A DNA stretch of 31,796 nt, from the IMG/VR virus record IMGVR_UViG_3300020468_000037, positions 1 through 31,796 of that record; one strand, 5' to 3'. Position 1 is the first letter of the stretch, and each line of letters starts with the position of its first letter. The notes beneath the pieces are model-generated. The model was given only the letters and a program-made list of their open reading frames with translations. It made no database searches and was not told the DNA's origin. The stretch comes from a virus. Taxonomy: Duplodnaviria; Caudoviricetes. A program made the translations under genes and the position numbers. Below are positions 7,245 through 16,600 of the stretch, piece after piece.

Positions 7245-10200
7245 GTGGCAGTTGGTCGTATTTCGGGTCCACTCTTAAAGTCGAATCTATTGCGTAATGG
7301 CGTAGATCTGGCTTTTGAGACAGACCTATTATATCTAGATGTAAGTAATAGCCGAGTAGGTATTAAGACTACCACTCCTCAACACCCATTAGACGTCAAC
7401 GGTTCAGCAAGAATTACAGATTTAGATATTTTAACTCCTAACCTACCAATAGGAAATGTAACTATCAATGGATCAACAAACACAATTAGCACTTCTGCTA
7501 ATAGTTTAAACATTGGTACACCCAACGCAGTTGTATATCAAAATAAAATCATAGTTGACAATATTACATTAGATGGTAATGTTATACAAGCAACTGATGT
7601 AAACGGAAACTTAGAATTCAGACCACAAGGTACAGGAACAGTAAATTTCTTTGGTGATACAAATATTACTGGTAATTTACACGCAACAGGTAACATAAGT
7701 GCAGATGGTAACATAACTATTGGTGATCAAGACACTGATACACTTACAATTAATGCGGATATAGCCGGTGATTTAATTCCAGATGTAACAAACACTTATG
7801 ATATAGGTACAACTACTAAACGTTGGAAACATGGTTACATTAATAACCTAACAACTACTACACTAAATTCAAACAGTATCACACTTTCAGGTATTGATCT
7901 TGTATCAACACCAGGTAATTTATACTATGTTGGTGCAAATGGTGACGATACTAAAACAGGAACACACCCACAAGATCCATATTTAACAGTAGCAAAAGCA
8001 TTATCAGTTGCAACTGCTGGAGACACAGTTTACATATATCCAGGAACATACCAAGAAGCATTTCCTTTAACAATACCGGCAGGTGTTGCCGTAAAAGGAA
8101 CTGGTTTGCGTTCAGTAAAAATTACTCCAACAGCAGGAACAAATACAAATGATGCAATTTACTTAAATGGTGAATCTACAATAGAAGATTTAACACTTGC
8201 AGATTTTTATTATGACTCTTCAAATGACACAGGTTACGCATTTAAATTTGCAAACAACATGACTGTAACTTCTAGATCACCTTATCTAAGAAACTTAACA
8301 ATTTTAACTAAAGGTTCAGTAACTTCAGCAAGTGATCCTAGAGGATTTGATCAAGGTGACGCTGGTCGTGGTGCATTTTTAGATGGATCAGTAGTAAACA
8401 GTTCAAGCAGAGAAGCAGGTTGCTTATTTCATGCAGTAACATTTATTACTCCAAATCAAACTGCTTTACATATTAAGAATGGAACCAGAATAGAGTGGTT
8501 AAATTCATTTACATATTTTGCTGAAAAAGGTATATTAGCAGAAAATGGCACAACAGGATTATATGGTGCAGGTAAAACTAAAGTAAAACTAAGAACAGTT
8601 TCAGGAACTTTTGCCGCAGGACAAAGTTTTTCATATTTTGAAGGTGGAACATTAAGGGCATCAGGAACTATTGCAAGTGTAGATGGTGCGTATGTTTACC
8701 TTACAGGAAATATTTCAAACCTAATTGAAGCAGGTGCAAGGGTAGGAAAGACTGTCACTGCTAATGGTAATGCACAAATAGATACAGCAATTAAAAAGTT
8801 TGGTCAAGGTTCTGTATTATTAGATGGCACCGACGATTATCTGTCAATAGCATCTAATGATGACTTTGGATTCGGTACAGGAGACTTTGCTGTTGAAGGT
8901 TGGATATACTGTACAAACATCTCAGGCAACAGAACAATATTTGATTTTAGAGCAGGATCTAATACAGACACAGCACCAACAGTTGAAATAAATGGATCTG
9001 GTGCAGTAAACTATCTAGTAGGTGGCACTCAACAAATTACAGGCGGTACTGTTAATGTGAATACATGGCATCACATTGCAATATCAAGATTAAGTGGCGT
9101 AACAAGATTATTTTTAGATGGTAGCAAACTAGGAAGTGACTACACTGACACAAACAATTATGGAATAACAAAACCTTTGACAATAGGTGCAAGTCATGAT
9201 GGCACGGAAGACTTTATTGGTCACTTAGATGACATAAGAATTTCATCAATCAATAGATATTCTTCAAACTTTACAGCACCAACAGCCGAAGTTGCCAACG
9301 ATGAATATGTAAAATTAGTTTTAAGATTTAATGACCAAACTGATGCATCTACTACATTTACAGATGATGGTGTATATGAACAAGATATCAGATGTGGTAA
9401 TGGTGCAACTGCTAAATTTATGGACTTGGTTGACTATACAGACTTTGGTGGAGAAATTAGATCAATAGCAAGTGCTTGTATCTACGGAAATTATGGAGCA
9501 TATGGTAACGGTAATGGTGTAACAATGTACCTAATTGGTACAAACTTTGCATACATTGGTTTAGGAAAAGAAGTTGATAACGATCCAACACAGGTTATAC
9601 AGTCACAAGAAACTACAGAATTAAATGGTGCAAGAGTTTACTTCAACTCAGTTGACCATAAAGGTGATTTTAGAGTTGGTGAATTATTTCATGTTGATCA
9701 ACAAACAGGTACAGTTAACTTTACAAACGCAAACTTCAACATTGATACAACCACAGGTGTAACGTTCACAGATGGATCAAGCACAACAACAATAGACGGA
9801 TCAAAAGTTCAAACAGGAAACGTAAAATTAAGTTCAAACATTGTTGAATCACTATCAGGTGATTTAATTATTGATGCATCTGGCAAAGTAAACTTTAATG
9901 ACAATGTAAACATCACAGGCAACTTAGATGTATCAGGTGATTTAACAATAGGTGGTAACATTACTATTGGTGATGCGGCATCAGATACAATACAAATCAC
10001 AGCAGGTATAGAAAGTGATTTAGTTCCTAGCGTAGATGGAATATACAACTTAGGTTCGGCTACTAAACAATGGTCAAATTTATACACTGGTAGATTAAAT
10101 GTTGACAGCATTGCTATTGACGACAACTACATTACAACAACTGACTCAAACACAAACTTAGAACTAAGAGCAAACGGTACAGGTGATGTTGTAATTGATG

Positions 10201-10958
10201 ATTTAAGATTTAACACAAATACAATTAGAAATATAAATGGAGATTTAATACTAACTCCTGCTTCACAAACTGTGCATTTTGATAGCACAGGAAGTTTAAG
10301 ACTACCAGCAGGTACAACTGCACAAAGACCAGGTACTCCTGTTGTTGGTATGGTTAGATATAATACCGATACTAATGTATTTGAAGGATATGACGGAAAC
10401 TGGATTGCACTTAACGGATTATATGACTTAGACCAAGACACATATATTTCACCAGAAGCAACTCCAGGTACTGATGACGACACATTAAAATTTTATGCTG
10501 GAGGCACACTGGTTGCTTCAGCAACAGCAGATAGATTTGATGTACCAAAATTGAGTGTAGATGACATTGAAATCACTGGAGATACTATTACAACTACCGT
10601 AACCAATGGAAATTTGAATTTGGTTGCTAATGGAACTGGTGGAGTAAATGTAGAAAACTTTAGTTTTAATGCAAATACGATAACTAATAATGTAAGCGGT
10701 GGTGTAACAACATTGGCGCAATCAGGCACTGGATATTTTAAAATTGAAGGCACAGGCGGTTTTGTAATACCTACAGGGGACAACTTTAACAGACACCCGT
10801 CCCCAGTACTAGGAATGATGAGATTTAATACTGCTGATGATAGAGTAGAAATATACGATGCAAGTAACAACTGGGTTTCAGTAGCAGGTAGTTCAGGTGC
10901 TGTTTCGGCCTTGGACGCAGAAAATATTGCAATCCAAACAGCGATTATAATGGGATAA
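7245..10958 (+). CDS. Large virion fibre/appendage protein with beta-helix region and inserted LamG/ConA-like lectin domain (1237 aa)
   Basis: GTG start supported by SD and by an N-terminus matching 4244 (MA.GRISGPLLKSNL). LamG motif LDGTDDYL...GTGDFAVEGWIY...WHHIAISR...LFLDG...IG...F.GHLDDIRIS. Confidence 0.78.
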   Translation: MAVGRISGPLLKSNLLRNGVDLAFETDLLYLDVSNSRVGIKTTTPQHPLDVNGSARITDLDILTPNLPIGNVTINGSTNTISTSANSLNIGTPNAVVYQNKIIVDNITLDGNVIQATDVNGNLEFRPQGTGTVNFFGDTNITGNLHATGNISADGNITIGDQDTDTLTINADIAGDLIPDVTNTYDIGTTTKRWKHGYINNLTTTTLNSNSITLSGIDLVSTPGNLYYVGANGDDTKTGTHPQDPYLTVAKALSVATAGDTVYIYPGTYQEAFPLTIPAGVAVKGTGLRSVKITPTAGTNTNDAIYLNGESTIEDLTLADFYYDSSNDTGYAFKFANNMTVTSRSPYLRNLTILTKGSVTSASDPRGFDQGDAGRGAFLDGSVVNSSSREAGCLFHAVTFITPNQTALHIKNGTRIEWLNSFTYFAEKGILAENGTTGLYGAGKTKVKLRTVSGTFAAGQSFSYFEGGTLRASGTIASVDGAYVYLTGNISNLIEAGARVGKTVTANGNAQIDTAIKKFGQGSVLLDGTDDYLSIASNDDFGFGTGDFAVEGWIYCTNISGNRTIFDFRAGSNTDTAPTVEINGSGAVNYLVGGTQQITGGTVNVNTWHHIAISRLSGVTRLFLDGSKLGSDYTDTNNYGITKPLTIGASHDGTEDFIGHLDDIRISSINRYSSNFTAPTAEVANDEYVKLVLRFNDQTDASTTFTDDGVYEQDIRCGNGATAKFMDLVDYTDFGGEIRSIASACIYGNYGAYGNGNGVTMYLIGTNFAYIGLGKEVDNDPTQVIQSQETTELNGARVYFNSVDHKGDFRVGELFHVDQQTGTVNFTNANFNIDTTTGVTFTDGSSTTTIDGSKVQTGNVKLSSNIVESLSGDLIIDASGKVNFNDNVNITGNLDVSGDLTIGGNITIGDAASDTIQITAGIESDLVPSVDGIYNLGSATKQWSNLYTGRLNVDSIAIDDNYITTTDSNTNLELRANGTGDVVIDDLRFNTNTIRNINGDLILTPASQTVHFDSTGSLRLPAGTTAQRPGTPVVGMVRYNTDTNVFEGYDGNWIALNGLYDLDQDTYISPEATPGTDDDTLKFYAGGTLVASATADRFDVPKLSVDDIEITGDTITTTVTNGNLNLVANGTGGVNVENFSFNANTITNNVSGGVTTLAQSGTGYFKIEGTGGFVIPTGDNFNRHPSPVLGMMRFNTADDRVEIYDASNNWVSVAGSSGAVSALDAENIAIQTAIIMG

Positions 10959-10962
10959 AAGA

Positions 10963-11292
10963 ATGGCAACGTTTTTTAAAAATAAAGTAATTAAAGATGT
11001 AGGAAAACAAGCAGTAGAAGTTTATACTACTGGTGTTTCTACTAAGACAACTGTAATTGGACTTGCACTTTGTAACTTAACTGCAAGTGTAATTTCAGTA
11101 AGCATTTTAATAAGCGATGACACTTCAGTTACAGGATATTATCTCAAAGACGTACTTGTTCCACCGAACTCTACTTTGAAAGCATTGAACGGTGGTGAAA
11201 AATTAGTATTGCCTGCAACTAATGTGTTGTACGCACAAAGTAACATTGATTCAAGTTTAGATGTAATCATGAGTTACGTGGAGATTGTATAA
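10963..11292 (+). CDS. Small virion protein, ~105-110 aa adaptor family (copy 2)
   Basis: VYT......TVIGL.LCN...GEKLVL...S.DVIMSYVEI; similar to 3161 and 25759. Confidence 0.7.
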   Translation: MATFFKNKVIKDVGKQAVEVYTTGVSTKTTVIGLALCNLTASVISVSILISDDTSVTGYYLKDVLVPPNSTLKALNGGEKLVLPATNVLYAQSNIDSSLDVIMSYVEIV

Positions 11293-11753
11293 TGAGTAGT
11301 CCATTTTACGTTGGTCCTAATCCAAGCGACTTAATCTTTGACGGATTAGGCGAAAGATTCTTTTACGGTTTAAGAAGAACTGATGACGGAGAATTATTTC
11401 TAGCAAAGATTGATCAACTTGGAAGTGACTCATTAGTTATAAACAAGTCTGGGGATCCAGTAAAAAATTATCCAGACTTTGAAGAAGGACACGAATTTTT
11501 TGATGGTAGAGATATCAATCATAATTTAGTATATGAAAATTTAAACTATGAACAGTTTAGATGGGACGATGCAAATTTAGTTTACTACATTAATGATGAA
11601 GGTGAACTAGTTGTACGTGTCAACCAAGATGCAGATGCAGGCACAATATCTTATGCAGATACAAGTGACCAAGAAGAAAGCGGAGTATCAACTGGTTGGG
11701 ACGAAACAGGATATACATTTGATAACAATAGTTTGACATACGATAAAACATAG
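11292..11753 (+). CDS. Hypothetical virion protein, paralogue of 13240, with acidic WD...TFD...TYD tail
   Basis: TAATG coupling; RFFYGLRRTDDGEL and YENLNYEQFRWDD blocks. Confidence 0.75.
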   Translation: MSSPFYVGPNPSDLIFDGLGERFFYGLRRTDDGELFLAKIDQLGSDSLVINKSGDPVKNYPDFEEGHEFFDGRDINHNLVYENLNYEQFRWDDANLVYYINDEGELVVRVNQDADAGTISYADTSDQEESGVSTGWDETGYTFDNNSLTYDKT

Positions 11754-11765
11754 GAGCAGAGACAG

Positions 11766-13229
11766 ATGGCAAAACAAGCAGTTAACACAGGTGTACTTCC
11801 AAACGATGGACAAGGGGATAACCTACGTTCAGGTGCTGTAAAGATTAATAATAACTTTAGTGAACTTTACACGGCACTGGGAGATGGAACGAACCTAATA
11901 AACGTAACGAATGGTGTATTTAATAGTGCGCCGGCGTTATCAACAGGAAGTAATAAAATAACATTTAAGTATGCCGCGTTTAGCGACCTACCTTCAGCAA
12001 CAACATACGATGGTATGTTAGGAAAGGTTACGGCCGACAGTGCTGTTTACTATGCTCACAACAATGCATGGGTAAAACTTTTAGATGTCAACAAGAATAT
12101 TGGTGATTTGTCAAATGTCTCAAATACTGCTCCGACAAATGGCGATAGTCTCGTATGGGATCAAAGTTTAGGATCATGGAAACCAGATGCTGTATCCGGT
12201 GGCGGTGGAGGATCATCTTCCTTTGCAGGCTTATCTGATACTCCAGCAAGTTTTTCAACGCACGGTGGCAAACTTTTAAGAGTAAATTCAGGAGCAACAG
12301 CAGTTGAATTTGCAACAGCAATTACGGCTTCAGAAGTTGCAAATATATCAATTGATGCATTAAGTGATGTTGATACAACAACATCTGCTCCAAGCACTGG
12401 ACAAGTTTTAAAATGGGACGGGGCAAAATGGGCACCAGCGGCTGACGTAACATCAGGTGGTGGCGGAACTGATGCTGATACACTTGATGGTCAAGATGGT
12501 TCTTACTACTTAAACTATAATAACTTTACAAACACACCAACATTGTTTGGCGGTGCTTTCTTAAACTTATCTGACACACCAGGTGCGTTTACAGGAGCGG
12601 CAAATAGATTTGTAAAAGTTAAAGCAGACGGAACTGGTTTAGAATTTGTTGCGGATCAATCAACAGACCAAAACTTGTTTGCAACAGTGGCAGGTGACTC
12701 AGGTTCTACAACAGCAAACACATTAACAGACACATTAACGATTGCAGGTGGAGCCAATATTGCAACATCAGTAACTGGCGACACTTTAACAGTAGCCTTT
12801 AACGGAACACTAGGTGCAACAACTTTTGGTGCATTGACAGATGTTAACACAGCAGGCGCGGCCGCTGGTAACCATGTTGGATACAATGGATCAAGTTGGG
12901 AAGTTGTAAATGGTTCAAGAATAACTTGGACACTTGGAGCAAATCAATCAAGTGATTACACTTTTACTGGTCCAGGTTTTCCAACAACAACAAATGATCC
13001 AGTGTTGTATTTGATGAGAGGATTTACTTATGTATTCATTAATACAACTGGAGGTTCACACCCATTTGAAATAAGAACAACAAATGGTGGATCGGCATAT
13101 ACAGATGGTGTGTCAGGATCTAAAACAGGAACACAGTATTTTACAGTACCAATGGGTGCTCCAAATACTTTGTATTACCAATGTACTGCACATACAAACA
13201 TGGGTAACACGATTAATATAGTAACGTAA
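11766..13229 (+). CDS. gp9/gp10-like N-terminal anchor fibre protein with C-terminal cupredoxin-like domain (487 aa)
   Basis: MAKQ.VN.G..PNDGQGD.LR.G..KIN.NF.ELY matches the T4 gp9/gp10 N-terminal motif. LSDV/LSDTP fibre repeats. C-terminal HPF...LYYQCTAHTNMG. Confidence 0.75.
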   Translation: MAKQAVNTGVLPNDGQGDNLRSGAVKINNNFSELYTALGDGTNLINVTNGVFNSAPALSTGSNKITFKYAAFSDLPSATTYDGMLGKVTADSAVYYAHNNAWVKLLDVNKNIGDLSNVSNTAPTNGDSLVWDQSLGSWKPDAVSGGGGGSSSFAGLSDTPASFSTHGGKLLRVNSGATAVEFATAITASEVANISIDALSDVDTTTSAPSTGQVLKWDGAKWAPAADVTSGGGGTDADTLDGQDGSYYLNYNNFTNTPTLFGGAFLNLSDTPGAFTGAANRFVKVKADGTGLEFVADQSTDQNLFATVAGDSGSTTANTLTDTLTIAGGANIATSVTGDTLTVAFNGTLGATTFGALTDVNTAGAAAGNHVGYNGSSWEVVNGSRITWTLGANQSSDYTFTGPGFPTTTNDPVLYLMRGFTYVFINTTGGSHPFEIRTTNGGSAYTDGVSGSKTGTQYFTVPMGAPNTLYYQCTAHTNMGNTINIVT

Positions 13230-13239
13230 GGAGAGTTAG

Positions 13240-13608
13240 GTGAGTGCTTTTAGTGTAGGAAACAACATACAAACTGTAAATGCAACCGTAAAAGGTGCAA
13301 GATATTTTTATGGTTTGCGAAGAACTGATGATGGTGACTTGTATCTTATCAAGGCAGACGCTTTGAAAACCACTGATGGTGTGCAAGTTAACAAGCCAGG
13401 CGATCCTACACAAAATTTACCAGACTTCCAAAGAGGAATAGAGTTCTTTTCAGGTAGAGATGAAGAACATAACAAGACATACGAAAACCTGAATTATGAA
13501 CAATACAGATGGGATGACAGAAGTTTGTTTTATTATGTAGACAGCGAAGGACAATTAGTTGTTCGAGTCAATGAATCATACAGTTATCCTGACGGAGTAA
13601 GTCCATAA
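13240..13608 (+). CDS. Hypothetical virion protein, paralogue of 11292
   Basis: GTG start with SD AAGGAG; RYFYGLRRTDDGDL and YENLNYEQYRWDD blocks. Confidence 0.75.
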   Translation: MSAFSVGNNIQTVNATVKGARYFYGLRRTDDGDLYLIKADALKTTDGVQVNKPGDPTQNLPDFQRGIEFFSGRDEEHNKTYENLNYEQYRWDDRSLFYYVDSEGQLVVRVNESYSYPDGVSP

Positions 13609-13616
13609 TGTACAAC

Positions 13617-13624
13617 GATAAATA
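13617..13624 (+). promoter_or_regulatory. T4-late-like promoter GATAAATA
   Basis: Intergenic, upstream of 13655. Confidence 0.7.
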
Positions 13625-13654
13625 CAATAAGTTAAGTGAAAGAGTTCAAAACTA

Positions 13655-16600
13655 ATGGCCGAATTTAAACTAGATAGAATACGTTTTAGATGGAAAGGTG
13701 CGTGGTCTTCGACTACTGCATACATCAAAGATGACGTGGTAAGTTATGGTGGTAAAGTTTATGTTTGTATATTTGGCCACACATCAGTAGATGATACTAT
13801 TGCAGGAACAGATTTTTACACAGACGCATTTGATAGTACTAATCCTAAATGGACACAAATGCTTGATGGTGTTTCATGGAAAAACACTTGGCAACCAGGA
13901 ACATACTATAAAGTAAATGACATTGTCAAGTATGGCGGACAACTTTATCAATGTATCATCGGACACGATGCACAAAGTTATTCACCGCCATCATCCGCCA
14001 CAACTTACAACATTGTTACTGGATTTGATACAGTCAATTCTCCAGTAGATAAAGATTTTGTTGTAACAGTTGAAGCAGGTAGTCCTTCACAAGCAAATGG
14101 ATATTTTTTCATAGATGATGTACAGACACCTACATTAAGTTTTGTAAAAGGAAAAACTTATACGTTTGATCAATCACCAGGAAGTAATGGTAATTACAAT
14201 AATCAAGCACATCCATTGATGTTTAGTATTGGTCCTGATGGTGATCATAATGGTAATGGTCATTATAATACTGGTGTGACTTATAAGTTAGATGGTGCTA
14301 CGACTACCATGTCTGGATATGTTAGTGGATTTGCAACCGCTACTACTCGTAGTGTTGAGATTGCAGTTCCTTCAACTGCACCTTCTACGTTGTATTACTG
14401 GTGTCATACTCATACAAATCAAGGTGGCTCTATCAACGTTGCGGAAGCGGCAGGTAATTTTTATCTTGCAGGAACTGAAAACAGAGTATTAAGTTTAGTT
14501 GAAGGTCATCAATACATATTTGATCAATCAGATAATTCAAACATAACATTTGGTGGACAAACACATCCAATGGTGTTAAGCACGTATTGGGACGGACATC
14601 ATAACAACGGATCGGTATATGCAAATGGTGTGACTTACTTGCTTGATGGATCAGTTGTTACACTTGCAAACTACCTAAGTGGATTTGCATCAGCATCAGA
14701 TAGAAAAGTTAAATTTATAGTTCCAAGTAATCCACCTGATAAAATTTATTACTATGATTACAATCAAGCAGACACTGGCACTGTTCATACTAATGCTGGA
14801 CAATATTTTCATTTATATGACAATGGTGCTATTGGTGATACAGATATTGGTAACTGGAAAATTTTAGATGCTTCTGATAATTGGAGATTTGAGTGGCAAC
14901 CTCTTACAATTTATAGAGTAGGAGACACAATAAGTTACGGCGGAATATTATATAGATGTGTAACTGAACATACAAGTTCAAACACAGTTACTGGTTTAGA
15001 ATTAGACGTAGCAAAATGGACCACAGTAATTGAAACAGATTCTTGGAGAGGCGATTGGACACCTAGCACAAGATATTTTAATCATGACATTGTAAGATAC
15101 GGTGGAGTAACTAAAAGATGTGTTACAGGACACGTTGCTCAGGCAGACGATAATTTAGGAATTGAACCAGATGATGCTAAATGGGAAACATTGGTTGATG
15201 GTCTTGAATACATTGGTGAATGGAAAGCAAAAGAAGATCTTAACATTACATCATTTGCAGGAACAAGTGCAACGTGTGTTCATACGTTTACATCAGATGA
15301 CAACGGAACAATATTAAAGTACACACAAACTGGTACAATTGATTCTGCTTTAGTAGATAACAAAAATTACTATATTAGATATGTTGATGCAACAAATATT
15401 AGTTTCCATACAACAAAAATTGATGCAACATTCGGAAGAAATGCAATTACTTTTAACGCAGATTCAACAGGTTCACAGACATTAGAAGTCAGTAAAAAAA
15501 TTAAAGTTGGAGACATAGTACGTTATGGACCAACATTATTTAGATGTACTACTGCTCATGTGCCTACAAGTATATTTTCAACTTCATTCTTTGAAACATG
15601 GATACCAGGATTAGGATTTGAAAATCAATGGCAAGATTCTATTACGTATCAACCAGGTGACATTGTTACTTATGGAGGATATAGTTATACAGCATTGACA
15701 GTAAACACTACAAGTGTACCTAGTGCAAATTTAAAACTACAAGACACAGGAGACTGGGAATTACTTACACAAGGTTACAGACTTGGTGCTCAATATAACC
15801 AAGATGCATCAACGCAAGACACTGCAAGTGACTGGAAAAGTACAACAGCATATAAAACAGGTGACGTTGTTAGATTAAATGGTCATGTGTTTATAGCATT
15901 AAGAGATAGCACAGGTAGTGAACCAGATGATTCATTAACAACCACAACTTATGCAGTAACAGTTGGTAATCCTGGATCAGGAAATAGATATTATATAGAC
16001 GGTGTAGCAGAAGCAACAATTACGTTGATAGAAGGTAACACTTACATCTTTAATCAATCAGATAGCACAAACAATACAAATCCAATTTATATTAGTACAC
16101 AGAAAAATGGTCATTGGGTTGATAGTTCATACAATTATTTTCAAGCAGGAGTTGTATATCATTTAGATGGTACTGATTATTTGAATCCACAAGATTACGA
16201 CAGTGGATTTGATAGTGCAACAGTTAGATATGTAAAAATTACTGTACCAAGAGACGCATACAGTCAGTTGTATCCTGTTTCTGGAAACAATACAAATATG
16301 TACGGCAACGGCGTATGGAATACAGCACAATCAGGAAACACATGGCAAACATTAATTACAGGTGACCATTGGAGAGACTATTGGATTGAATCAGATCCAG
16401 TAACACTATCGCCTACAAATTATTTCTTAGGCGACATAGTAACGTATGAAGGTACACTTTATAGATGTGTCAAACGTCATACAGCAACAGCATCAGGATC
16501 AAGACCAGATCTTGATATGGATTATACTCAAGACAATTTTTGGACAAAAGTTATTCAAGGTGGATTGACAAACGTACTTCAATACAGAGGTGACATTAGA

